NCBI GenBank assembly: GCA_002793035.1
Contig: PFPL01000033.1
Span: 1-58,853 of the forward strand
Origin: Candidatus Magasanikbacteria bacterium CG_4_10_14_0_2_um_filter_33_14
GTDB lineage: Bacteria; Patescibacteriota; Patescibacteriia; Magasanikbacterales; UBA922
Direction of reading: 5' to 3'
Length of the DNA stretch: 58,853 bases
Made by a program: the position numbers and the translations under genes. Every line of letters starts with the position of its first letter. Position 1 is the first letter of the stretch. Shown in pieces: positions 34,160 through 42,484 of the stretch. Below the pieces are notes generated by a model, which worked only from the letters and a program-made list of their open reading frames with translations, searched no databases and was not told where the DNA came from.

Positions 34160-34339
34160 ATGAGTATAGAAAATCATAACCATAGTATTGGAAATTCACA
34201 CAAAGCTAAAGAAGATTTTGCAAATAATACGGATATTGTCAATATTGATAGATTATTGGGTGGTGATGACTTGTTTGGTGAATGTGAACATGGAGAGTTA
34301 TTTGGGACTTGTGATTTGTGTGCAGAAAAGAATGCTTAG
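34160..34339 (+). CDS. hypothetical 59-aa Cys-containing peptide
   Basis: My translation is MSIENHNHSIGNSHKAKEDFANNTDIVNIDRLLGGDDLFGECEHGELFGTCDLCAEKNA. The ATG lies 8 nt after the upstream stop. There is no supporting homology. Confidence 0.35.
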   Translation: MSIENHNHSIGNSHKAKEDFANNTDIVNIDRLLGGDDLFGECEHGELFGTCDLCAEKNA

Positions 34340-34436
34340 AAAAATGGCTAAAAGTAAATAAATAACAGTTTTTACACTTGATTTTTATTTCATTTTAGTG
34401 TATATTATTTGGGCAGTAAAAAGTTTGCTGTCTTAT

Positions 34437-34507
34437 GGGCGCGTCGTATAATGGTAGTACAGGGGTCTCCAAAACCTCTTGCGTGAGTTCGATTCTTACC
34501 GCGCCTG
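34437..34507 (+). tRNA. tRNA-Trp (anticodon CCA)
   Basis: Acceptor GGGCGCG/CGCGCCT (G1-U72), D arm GTAT-AATGGTA-GTAC, anticodon arm GGGGT-CTCCAAA-ACCTC, T arm GTGAG-TTCGATT-CTTAC, discriminator G. Confidence 0.85.
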
Positions 34508-34517
34508 CTCAGAAATT

Positions 34518-34543
34518 CGTGGCTAATTATAGCCACGTTTTTT
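34518..34543 (+). terminator. intrinsic terminator after tRNA-Trp
   Basis: Stem CGTGGCT / AGCCACG with loop AATTAT, then TTTTTT. Confidence 0.85.
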
Positions 34544-34632
34544 GTTGGAGGATAATAATAAAATTTTCTTGTACTTTATTATTATTTTTTGTTATACTAT
34601 CAATAATAAAAAGTGAATAATTATATGCCCAT

Positions 34633-36072
34633 ATGATAAAAAACGGTGGTGAAACTTTCTCTGTAAATTCATTTGAAAAAGAGGTATTACCAAAAAGACA
34701 AGATCCGGAAACTGATAAAGAAACATGGAATAAAAATTTATCTCCAACAAATTTGGTGGCGATTCATATTACTAATACATTCCCAACTGATGGAGTGGTA
34801 AGAAGTCATGTTGGTTGGACAGAGCATGATGGAAGACGACTTAAAGGTGTTAGAGATACTATTCATTTTACTCTCAATCATGTGGTTGTAGAAGAACATA
34901 ATGGAATTGACTCAAAAATGAGAGGTTCTTGGCATACCAGAAATTTTGTCGTACTTGCTCCTTTTGACAAATTCAAAAAGGAACAGATAAAAAATTTAAT
35001 ACGTCAGGATACTTTTACTCTTGGTGATTTTGAAATTCCACAAGGTTCGAGAGTTTTAATTGATTGGAAAGAACTTTCTTTATTGCGTGATTCTCATGTC
35101 ATCGATAATGATCAAATGCAAAGTATTATTGATCAGCTTGGAGTAAGTGATAATTATATTTCAACAGAAACAAATCCAGAAAAAGAGATAATAGTTGAAT
35201 CAAATGGTATTGAATATGTAATAGCAAATGTCTCTGATGGTGAATTTCGTCCATATATTGAAAAACAAATAAAAGATATGGGGTATAAGTTTGCTTATCC
35301 TAATTTTAATGAATCATTTTTTGAAAAATACGGATTTCAGCCTGGTCGATTGCACGAAGGGCATCCAGATGGAAAGCCAGAAAATTTGGGAGTGGTTATG
35401 GATAATTTGGTGCCTCTTGTTTTTTTAGACTGGTTTCTTTTAATGGGTACTACAGAATATATAGATAGGTTTGGTAATATTTCAGAAGGATATAAATATG
35501 AAGACAGGTTTTTTACTGCCAAAGAGAGTTTGCAAGAGGGCCTTAAGAAGGATTATAATTTTTTGCAAAATATTTCAGAAGATTTACGAGCAAAAAAATA
35601 TCTTAAGGATCGTTTTTTTCAATATTTATTTATAATAAGAGAAATTACAGAAGTTCACTTGGGAAAAATGGGGGATGGAAAATTCAAAGATATTTTTGGT
35701 GAATTTAAAGTATGGTTAGAAGATTTCATAAAAAAAAATTCTATAGAGATAGAGCTTGACGCAGAGTATTGTGTAGATTATCTAAAAAGTATTTGTAATG
35801 GGTATTTAAAAAAAATTATAGAGTTTGAACAACCAAAATCAGAGGATAGTATTTTTCACAGTCCTGCATCAGTTTTATTACGTTATGTACAGCAATTTAC
35901 AAAATTATTAAAGTCAACACATATATCTGAAAGTGATAGACAGGTTTTCTATAATTTTTTTGTTCAATTAAAAGATGATTTAGAAAGTAATATGCAAGTA
36001 GGTAGGATTCCCGATTGGCATTTAAGTACAATCCATAAAGTTATGGATACTATTGATTTAGTTTGTGAATAA
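34633..36072 (+). CDS. hypothetical protein (479 aa, no recognisable domain)
   Basis: Long clean ORF with protein-like composition and no motif I can name. Confidence 0.7.
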   Translation: MIKNGGETFSVNSFEKEVLPKRQDPETDKETWNKNLSPTNLVAIHITNTFPTDGVVRSHVGWTEHDGRRLKGVRDTIHFTLNHVVVEEHNGIDSKMRGSWHTRNFVVLAPFDKFKKEQIKNLIRQDTFTLGDFEIPQGSRVLIDWKELSLLRDSHVIDNDQMQSIIDQLGVSDNYISTETNPEKEIIVESNGIEYVIANVSDGEFRPYIEKQIKDMGYKFAYPNFNESFFEKYGFQPGRLHEGHPDGKPENLGVVMDNLVPLVFLDWFLLMGTTEYIDRFGNISEGYKYEDRFFTAKESLQEGLKKDYNFLQNISEDLRAKKYLKDRFFQYLFIIREITEVHLGKMGDGKFKDIFGEFKVWLEDFIKKNSIEIELDAEYCVDYLKSICNGYLKKIIEFEQPKSEDSIFHSPASVLLRYVQQFTKLLKSTHISESDRQVFYNFFVQLKDDLESNMQVGRIPDWHLSTIHKVMDTIDLVCE

Positions 36073-36140
36073 ATATTAGATGAGTTTTTTGTGTTAATTG
36101 GATAATAGTTCCAACTTCCTCCACGATGGCCTGCATTTGA

Positions 36141-36170
36141 AAGTATAGCTAAAATAAGCTATACTTTTTT
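36141..36170 (+). terminator. intrinsic terminator after 34633..36072
   Basis: 10-bp stem AAGTATAGCT / AGCTATACTT with loop AAAATA, followed by a T-run. Confidence 0.85.
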
Positions 36171-36232
36171 ATATAATTTATAGACTTAGAACCTTGTTGT
36201 TTGTATTTTACATAAGTTCAATAGAAAAATAT

Positions 36233-36841
36233 ATGAAAGATAAGCAAAAAGTTATAATGCTTCATGGGTGGACAGATGGTGATATTGCAGATATTCCAGA
36301 GTTTTTACCGGATAATCCTGCCAATTGGATGGGCTGGACGAAACAAGAGTTAGAAAAAATGGGTTACAAAGTTTTTACTCCCTTTATTCGGTATGGTTAC
36401 AAATCGGACTATGAAGACTGGAAAAAGAAAATTGAAAAATATGATATTGATGAAGATACCATTCTTGTTGGTTGGAGTTCGGGTGGTGCGTTTTGGGTTC
36501 GTTGGCTTGGCGAAACTAAACAGCGAGTTAAAAAATTAATTTTGGTAGCTCCTGCAAAAGTGGTAGGTAATTCCAAAATGAACAATGCTAAAGGAATTAA
36601 TCCTGTTCAGCGTTTAAAGTGGGACAAGTTTCATGATTTTGTGACTGACCCAACCATAAAGAATCGTGTGGATGAAATTATTATTTTTATTTCAAATGAT
36701 GCTGATTGGCTTGTGGAGTCCGCAAATTTATATAAAAAAGAGTTAAATGCAAAGTTGATTAGTATACCAGATCAAGGCCATTTTACTAATAAGGAAAGAC
36801 TTTCTCCTGAATTTCCTGAGATTTTAAAATATTTTAAGTAA
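36233..36841 (+). CDS. alpha/beta hydrolase (YdeN/RBBP9-like serine hydrolase)
   Basis: VIMLHGW, nucleophile elbow LVGWSSGG (GxSxG), and distal D (SNDAD) and H (DQGHF) complete a plausible triad. The ATG at 36233 is preferred to the TTG at 36194. Confidence 0.75.
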   Translation: MKDKQKVIMLHGWTDGDIADIPEFLPDNPANWMGWTKQELEKMGYKVFTPFIRYGYKSDYEDWKKKIEKYDIDEDTILVGWSSGGAFWVRWLGETKQRVKKLILVAPAKVVGNSKMNNAKGINPVQRLKWDKFHDFVTDPTIKNRVDEIIIFISNDADWLVESANLYKKELNAKLISIPDQGHFTNKERLSPEFPEILKYFK

Positions 36842-36941
36842 TACATTTAGACTTAGTAAATTAGGAGTATATACTTATTTTTTGATCGCAATTTTTTATA
36901 AATTATGATAAAATAAGCAGGTGATTAATTAAATATAAAAT

Positions 36942-37691
36942 ATGGAAAGAAAAGAAGCTTATATAGAATTTGAAAATAAAAAGGAATTACCACCTAATGT
37001 TCGCAAAGTACTTGAAATTGCTTTCCTGGAATATCCAGAATTTAAAAAAATTAGTGTTCAGACATTCTCACCTCGTGATGATTTTGATGCAGGAGGATAT
37101 TATGAATTTATTGAAAATGAAAAGGGAGAGCCTATAGCACAGATTTGTGTTTCTGAGGGGGGGGCTAATTTGTTAGCACCACTTTTAGATATTCGTAAAT
37201 CCTCTGTAGCTATTAATGCTGAAATGCTTGGTATAGATCCTAGTAAGATGTCCCCAGAATTATTACAAATTTTTATCATTACACATGAACTTGGTCATAT
37301 AAGAGATTACCAAGTTAATTTTTCTTCAGATCCAAATTTGGAAGGTTGGAAAGCTGTAGATGAGATGGCTTATCAAAGAGAATCGGTATTAACTATGTTG
37401 CCTATAAGAAATATAAATCCCACTGATTTAGCACGAGAATTGGCTGGTGTAGAAAATTTGCAAGAAGTTTTGGATAGATTCTCTGAAGTAAAAGAATACC
37501 CTAGATTTGAAGATATCAAGTCTGTTGATGACGTATTATTTGCTCAAGAGCGAGAGTATAGGTTGTCAGCACCTGAAGCTTATGCCGATGAGTTTGCTGT
37601 TAATTTCATTAAGAGACATTCTTCTAAATTAAATATTTCTGAATTGTTTGCTGAGAATGATAATATAAGGAGCTACCCTCTTGCGGCCTAA
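36942..37691 (+). CDS. hypothetical protein with HExxH motif (possible zinc metallopeptidase)
   Basis: IITHELGHIRD is the only recognisable motif; there is no signal peptide. Confidence 0.6.
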   Translation: MERKEAYIEFENKKELPPNVRKVLEIAFLEYPEFKKISVQTFSPRDDFDAGGYYEFIENEKGEPIAQICVSEGGANLLAPLLDIRKSSVAINAEMLGIDPSKMSPELLQIFIITHELGHIRDYQVNFSSDPNLEGWKAVDEMAYQRESVLTMLPIRNINPTDLARELAGVENLQEVLDRFSEVKEYPRFEDIKSVDDVLFAQEREYRLSAPEAYADEFAVNFIKRHSSKLNISELFAENDNIRSYPLAA

Positions 37692-37720
37692 TAAAATATT
37701 ATTATTTTTTAAATTTATAA

Positions 37721-37746
37721 AAAAACGTCTATTATGACGTTTTTTT
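37721..37746 (+). terminator. intrinsic terminator after 36942..37691
   Basis: Stem AACGTC / GACGTT with loop TATTAT, flanked by an A-run and a T-run. Confidence 0.75.
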
Positions 37747-37764
37747 GTTATTTAGTGGTTACTC

Positions 37765-37793
37765 TTGACAAAATCTTCAAAATATGGTATAAA
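37765..37793 (+). promoter_or_regulatory. near-consensus sigma70 promoter for the RNA candidate at 37.8 kb
   Basis: TTGACA (37765-70), 17-nt spacer, TATAAA (37788-93). Confidence 0.65.
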
Positions 37794-37798
37794 GATTG

Positions 37799-38030
37799 AC
37801 CGTCCGATATCCCTGAAGCGAGGAGCATCACCAACTCCTTATCTAACGAGTGCTTCACGGGTATAGACCCTTTCTGTCGTGCCTGACTCATCAGAAATAG
37901 GTATATACCTTTCTGAGATAGAGATTGGTGACAGAAGTGTGGAACTAGTTTCTGAGCAGTGTTGCTTCTTAATTAGGGACGGCTTTTACATTGTGGTGAG
38001 GTTTCGAGATTTCTCGTTGCCTCACCTCAT
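37799..38030 (+). ncRNA. unidentified structured RNA candidate (class unknown)
   Basis: GC-rich versus the flanks. Closing helix CCGTCC (37800-05) / GGACGG (37977-82). Arm 1 is CCC-TGAAGC / GCTTCA-c-GGG enclosing GAGGAG/CTCCTT. Arm 2 is TTCTGTC (37872-78) / GACAGAA (37930-36) enclosing the hairpin at 37891-916. A 3' hairpin GGTGAGG/CCTCACC lies at 37995-38026. The region is bounded by the promoter at 37765 and the terminator at 38083. Confidence 0.5.
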
Positions 38031-38082
38031 CCATTCAAATATTATTGTCATTCCAAAAGAATGATTTTTTATTTTTTAGAAC

Positions 38083-38114
38083 AAAAAACCACCTTTATTT
38101 AAAGATGGTTTTTT
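38083..38114. terminator. bidirectional terminator shared by the + strand RNA candidate and the - strand GC-rich gene pair
   Basis: Stem ACCACCTTT / AAAGATGGT (8 of 9 pairs) with loop ATTT, A6 upstream and T6 downstream. Confidence 0.75.
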
Positions 38115-38187
38115 GATTGCCCCCGATTTTGGTACGACAATCCTGTCGTTTTCCTCGTCGGGGTGTGTTCTCCTTATCTAGATCTTT

Positions 38188-38466
38188 TCACAGAAGAGAA
38201 AGGAACTCTCCCAACAGTCTTGCTGTGTGATCTTCCTCAGGATTGAGAGATTCGATTCCTCCCAGATTGCCAAGCATCTGGTGGACTTCGATGCCGACAG
38301 GGTGCTTGTACCCGACGACACTGAGAATCTCCTTCAGCTGACGGATGTCTTTTCCCAAGCCTAGGGCTTTGATATCCTCCCAGGCCTGGGTTTTGATTTC
38401 ATCACCGATTTTCTCGTCGCAGATGATAGCGACGAGTCGGTTGTTCTCTTCGAACTTCTTGGACAT
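38188..38466 (-). CDS. hypothetical protein (92 aa) with atypical C/G-ending codon usage
   Basis: RBS AGGAG lies 10 nt before the ATG. The helical-looking sequence is MSKKFEENNRLVAIICDEKIGDEIKTQAWEDIKALGLGKDIRQLKEIL.... Codons such as tcc aag aag ttc gaa gag aac aac cga ctc gtc gct atc atc tgc gac gag contrast with the A/T-ending usage of neighbours. Confidence 0.7.
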   Translation of the reverse strand: MSKKFEENNRLVAIICDEKIGDEIKTQAWEDIKALGLGKDIRQLKEILSVVGYKHPVGIEVHQMLGNLGGIESLNPEEDHTARLLGEFLSLL

Positions 38467-38479
38467 GAGTTATATTCTC

Positions 38480-38683
38480 CTAAATGTTCCAGGCCATGCA
38501 ACCTCTCGTAGCCTCTTCTGGCTCAGGGTGGTTGGTCTGGCTGGTGGTGTTGACCTTTTTAGACTTGTTACATTTCACGAAGGTCATGGTGATCGTTTCG
38601 CTACCACCTGGGTAGTTGGTGGTCTCGATAATCGACGTGATGTTACCTTTCTCGTCAAGAGTGGTCTTGGTGGTCACTGACAT
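38480..38683 (-). CDS. hypothetical protein (67 aa, Thr/Asn-rich) with atypical C/G-ending codon usage
   Basis: RBS AGGGGA lies ~11 nt before the ATG. Codons run acc acc aag acc act ctt gac gag aaa ggt aac atc acg tcg att atc gag acc acc aac tac. The stop is 13 nt before the next ATG. Confidence 0.65.
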   Translation of the reverse strand: MSVTTKTTLDEKGNITSIIETTNYPGGSETITMTFVKCNKSKKVNTTSQTNHPEPEEATRGCMAWNI

Positions 38684-38722
38684 TTTCAGTTATTTCCCCT
38701 GTGTAAAAGAAATTTTGGTTTG

Positions 38723-38774
38723 ATCTTAGAGGAAGAAAATACAAAAATGTTTATGTAATTTCTTCCTCTAAGAT
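38723..38774. promoter_or_regulatory. perfect 16-bp inverted repeat with 20-nt spacer in the divergent intergenic region
   Basis: ATCTTAGAGGAAGAAA (38723-38) pairs with TTTCTTCCTCTAAGAT (38759-74). It lies 40-90 nt upstream of the 67-aa gene start. No T-run follows on either strand, so it is probably not a terminator. Confidence 0.7.
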
Positions 38775-38879
38775 AATTTATAATTGTTTATTATAGCTGG
38801 TTTTTTGGTTTTTGTCAAGATTATTGTAAAATTTAAGATTTTATATTATAATTATTTAGTTAGTTTTAATTTATTATAT

Positions 38880-39506
38880 ATGCAATATCTAGCTCTTATT
38901 GGGACTGTGGCTGTAGTACATCTTTTGGGACTTATGAGCCCTGGACCTGATTTTTTTATCACTGTAAAAAATTCTCTTTCTTATTCTAGAAAAACAGGAA
39001 GGTGGACAGCTATTGGTGTTGGTTTAGGAATAGTGGTACATCTTTTATATTGTTTTGCTGGTTTAGCTTTTATTATTTCTCAATCTATTTTGTTGTTTAA
39101 TATTTTTAAGTTATTAGGTGCTGCTTATTTGATTTTTATTGGTATCAAATCTCTTTTTGCTAAATCTTTCAAAATGGATATAAAGAATGTGGCTCATAAG
39201 AAAGATATAAGTAAGATCAAAGCTTTGAGAAGTGGCTTTTTGACAAATGTCTTGAATCCAAAAGCAACATTGTATTTTTTGAGTTTATTTACATTTGTAG
39301 TTTCTCCAAATGAACCTTGGTTTATGATTGTAGCTTTAAGTGTTCTAATGGTTGTAGAGACTATGCTATGGTTTTATCTTGTTGCCACATTTTTTACTCA
39401 TCACAAAATCAAGAACTCTTTTGATAAGTTCAACGGTGTTTTCAATAAAGTTTTTGGAGGATTACTTGTCGCTTTGGGAATAAAGGTGGCTTTGGGTCAT
39501 AAATAA
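38880..39506 (+). CDS. LysE/RhtB family amino-acid exporter
   Basis: MQYLALIGTVAVVHLLGLMSPGPDFFITVKNSLSYSRKTG has the family N-terminal PGP motif. Six TM helices. The ATG at 38880 is preferred to the track start 38784. Confidence 0.85.
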   Translation: MQYLALIGTVAVVHLLGLMSPGPDFFITVKNSLSYSRKTGRWTAIGVGLGIVVHLLYCFAGLAFIISQSILLFNIFKLLGAAYLIFIGIKSLFAKSFKMDIKNVAHKKDISKIKALRSGFLTNVLNPKATLYFLSLFTFVVSPNEPWFMIVALSVLMVVETMLWFYLVATFFTHHKIKNSFDKFNGVFNKVFGGLLVALGIKVALGHK

Positions 39507-39510
39507 ATTT

Positions 39511-39966
39511 ATGAATTACTGGCTAATAAAAAGTGAGGCATCTACTTATTCGATAGATGATTTACAAAAAGACAAACAAACTCCTTGGGATGGCGTGCGC
39601 AACTATCAAGCACGCAATTTTATGCGTGACCAAATGCAGATAGGGGACAAAGTTATATTTTATCATTCCAATGACAATCCTCCACATATTGCTGGATTTG
39701 CTAAAGTAGCTAGTAAACCTTATTCAGACGCAACTCAGTTTGACAAGAAGTCACATTATTTTGATCCAAAGAGTAGTGATGAAAATCCTCGTTGGTTTTT
39801 GGTTGACATGGCTTTTGACAAAAAATGTAAAAGAAAAATAGGTTTAGATGAATTAAAAAATGACAAAAATTTGGAAGGATTGATGTTGATAAAAAAAGGA
39901 CAGAGATTATCTATCCAGCCAGTGTCTAAGGAACATTTTGAGTATATTGAGAAACTTTGTAATTAA
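39511..39966 (+). CDS. EVE (PUA-like) domain protein
   Basis: MNYWLIKSEASTYSIDDLQKDKQTPWDGVRNYQARNFMRDQMQIGDKVIFYHSN matches the EVE/THYN1 family N-terminus. Confidence 0.88.
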   Translation: MNYWLIKSEASTYSIDDLQKDKQTPWDGVRNYQARNFMRDQMQIGDKVIFYHSNDNPPHIAGFAKVASKPYSDATQFDKKSHYFDPKSSDENPRWFLVDMAFDKKCKRKIGLDELKNDKNLEGLMLIKKGQRLSIQPVSKEHFEYIEKLCN

Positions 39967-39973
39967 TTAACAC

Positions 39974-39998
39974 AACGGTATCTATACACCGTTTTTTT
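39974..39998 (+). terminator. intrinsic terminator after the EVE gene
   Basis: Stem AACGGT / ACCGTT with an 8-nt loop, then TTTTTT. Confidence 0.75.
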
Positions 39999-40055
39999 GT
40001 TTTCAAGCTAAAAATAGTGTATAATACAAATATTATTAATTTAACTTATAAATAT

Positions 40056-40325
40056 ATGGGAGACATGGAACAATACAAATCTCTAATTTCAGAAATTATT
40101 GCCAAACAAGCTGTGATTTTGGGACCAGACATTGCAATACTCAAAGCACGTAATGTAAAAGCTTTGGAATTATCTGCTGATGGTAAAGTTACTTCTATTA
40201 GTGGAGATCCTGAGGCTGCAATACAAGCTCTTATTGACGAATATGTCAATTTGTCTGGTATGATTGTTAAGAATGCTCTTGGTTCTATTTTTGCCAAATA
40301 TCCTGGTCTCAATAAAAGTGAATAA
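40056..40325 (+). CDS. hypothetical protein (89 aa)
   Basis: ORF MGDMEQYKSLISEIIAKQAVILGPDIAILKARNV... with no recognisable motif. The track start 40017 is an alternative. Confidence 0.55.
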   Translation: MGDMEQYKSLISEIIAKQAVILGPDIAILKARNVKALELSADGKVTSISGDPEAAIQALIDEYVNLSGMIVKNALGSIFAKYPGLNKSE

Positions 40326-40364
40326 ATCTCACTTTTTTATTTTTAAATTATTTAATTAATTTTT

Positions 40365-40688
40365 ATGTTAGAAACTATGAGAAATATAGTCCTCTTTGTA
40401 GGTTGGCCAATTTTGGTCGCTGGTAGTGTTTTTATTTTTATTAAGGGTAAGGGAGTATACGGTATGGTCAAAGGTTCTCTTATTGGTAAGATAAGTAAGA
40501 CACTTGTTTATACAATGCTTGTTGGTATGTATAGTTTGGGTATTGTTGCTACATTTTTCTTATATTGTAGTTTAGAGACAGCACTTTATGTTGTTATACC
40601 TGTATTTATCATTTGGGCTATCAATTTTTTTATGGCTATAAAAGTTTTGACTTACGCTACCAATGAAGCTAAAAAAATGTCTCAATAA
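40365..40688 (+). CDS. hypothetical membrane protein (3 TM)
   Basis: Three hydrophobic helices. It ends 6 nt before the histidine kinase start. Confidence 0.6.
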   Translation: MLETMRNIVLFVGWPILVAGSVFIFIKGKGVYGMVKGSLIGKISKTLVYTMLVGMYSLGIVATFFLYCSLETALYVVIPVFIIWAINFFMAIKVLTYATNEAKKMSQ

Positions 40689-40694
40689 TAAATT

Positions 40695-42461
40695 ATGGAA
40701 TTCTTTTTAGGTTTTTTTGGATTAATTTCTGTAGTAATCTTAGGCTTCGGTATATTTCTTTATCGACGTAGTTTGGGTTTGAAAAAAAATCTAGAAGAAG
40801 AACGTAAAAGCATGCAAAGAAAAATGTATGAGTTGGCAATTTTAAAAGAATTGGGTGAGCGTATTGGTTATTCACTCAATGTTCAAAATATTATTGATAT
40901 TATTACTGGATCACTTCATCAGTTTATTGAATATCAGATAGTGTCTTACATGCTTTTGCAACCAGAAAAAATAATTTTCAAGGTTCATCTTGAAGAATCT
41001 GTATCTAGAAAATTCATAAATGAAGTAAAGAACAGAATGTTGAAATCTCTGAGTGCACTTTTGAGTAAAGAATTTTCGGAAAATCAGGTAGAAGAAGTAT
41101 TGACAGGAGCTGTGATTATAGATGAAATAGAATCTCCTGTGCAATCTTTTTTCAATATCCCTTTAGTTATTGGTGAAAAAGTAGTAGGTGTCTTGACTGT
41201 AGCTCATAGTGATCCTGGCCTTTACAAAGAAGAAGAGACTACTATTCTTTATAAAATCACTAGACAGGCCTCAGAAGCTGTTACACGTTTACAAGAAGTG
41301 ATTACCAATGAGCAGAGGAAGCTAAATGCTATGGTAGAGAGTATGTCAGAAGGGGTGGTAATGACAGATACTGATTATCGCATTCTTGTTGCTAATCCTG
41401 CCATGAAGGAAATTCTAAATATTGTTGATAAAGAAGACATAAGTATTTTTGATTTTATTGATAATTTGGAAGGTAAATTCGATATTCGTGGTAAGTTAGA
41501 AGAAAGTGTGAAATTGGATAAAATATTACCAGTCACTGAAGTTTTACTTGCCAATCGTTATTTTCATATTTTGGTTTCTCCTGTAAAAGTAAATTCTGGT
41601 TTAAACAAAGGTCAGATTATTGGGGGAGTGGTTATTTTTTATGATATAACCAAAGAAAAAGAACTAGAAAAAATGCGTGAAGATTTTACTTCGATGATGG
41701 TACATGAATTACGTTCACCTTTGGCAGGTATAAAAGGTATCTCAGAAGTAATGATTTTGGAAAATAAAAAGAAGAAAAAAGCTAAAAAAGATCTTGAATA
41801 TGCTACCGTATTATTGGATAGTTCTTCTCGTATGCTTGATTTGGTAAATGATTTACTTGATGTGGCCAAAATTAGTGCTGGTAAATTTGAAATTCACAAA
41901 GAAGTTTTACCAATAAAAGATCTTTTAAAAACAAATGTCGAAATACTGGGTACTCTTGCCAAAGAAAGTAAAATTAATTTGAAAGTAAATATCGCCAAAA
42001 ATGTTCCTGAGGAAGTATTTTTGGATAAAAATAGAATAGGACAATCTTTGATAAATCTTTTGTCCAATGCTATAAAATTTACCAAAGAAGGTGGTGTTGT
42101 AACGGTACAGGTAATGTCGCATAATCAAGGTGTTAGTATTGTGAAAGAAGGTCAAGAAAATAATTTCTCTTGGTTTATTGATAAAGATAAAGAAGAATTC
42201 ATTAATTTACCTAGTTCTCTTTTTGTGGCTGTTACAGATAGTGCATTTGGTATTGCAGAGAATGATATCAAAAATTTATTCAATAAGTTCAAACAGTTAG
42301 AGGCTTCCTCTATTAGTGAACACAAAGGTACTGGTTTGGGTTTGTCTATTGTCAAAGGTATTATAGAAGCTCATGGAGGTATTGTAGGTGTATCTTCCAA
42401 AGAGGGAAGTGGTAGCACTTTTTATTTTACAATTCCTTTTGATACAAACGTAATTAGTTAA
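40695..42461 (+). CDS. sensor histidine kinase (TM, GAF-like, PAS, HisKA, HATPase_c)
   Basis: H-box FTSMMVHELRSPLAGIKG, N-box LINLLSNAIKFT, G-boxes GTGLGLSIVKGIIEAHGG and GSGSTFYFTIP. Confidence 0.92.
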   Translation: MEFFLGFFGLISVVILGFGIFLYRRSLGLKKNLEEERKSMQRKMYELAILKELGERIGYSLNVQNIIDIITGSLHQFIEYQIVSYMLLQPEKIIFKVHLEESVSRKFINEVKNRMLKSLSALLSKEFSENQVEEVLTGAVIIDEIESPVQSFFNIPLVIGEKVVGVLTVAHSDPGLYKEEETTILYKITRQASEAVTRLQEVITNEQRKLNAMVESMSEGVVMTDTDYRILVANPAMKEILNIVDKEDISIFDFIDNLEGKFDIRGKLEESVKLDKILPVTEVLLANRYFHILVSPVKVNSGLNKGQIIGGVVIFYDITKEKELEKMREDFTSMMVHELRSPLAGIKGISEVMILENKKKKKAKKDLEYATVLLDSSSRMLDLVNDLLDVAKISAGKFEIHKEVLPIKDLLKTNVEILGTLAKESKINLKVNIAKNVPEEVFLDKNRIGQSLINLLSNAIKFTKEGGVVTVQVMSHNQGVSIVKEGQENNFSWFIDKDKEEFINLPSSLFVAVTDSAFGIAENDIKNLFNKFKQLEASSISEHKGTGLGLSIVKGIIEAHGGIVGVSSKEGSGSTFYFTIPFDTNVIS

Positions 42462-42484
42462 ATATTCATTTTAATAATTAAGAT

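Noticed and set aside
34435-34620. 61-aa ORF in the track
   Set aside because: It overlaps the well-folding tRNA-Trp gene and its terminator and is therefore spurious.
37879-38064. 61-aa GTG-initiated ORF inside the 37.8-kb RNA candidate
   Set aside because: It has no RBS and no codon-position bias. It spans several strong helices and runs through a hairpin into A+T-rich spacer.
38345-38680. 111-aa + strand ORF
   Set aside because: It is antisense to two - strand ORFs that have proper RBSs and strong third-position bias. It has no RBS and is an artefact of a stop-poor GC-rich stretch.
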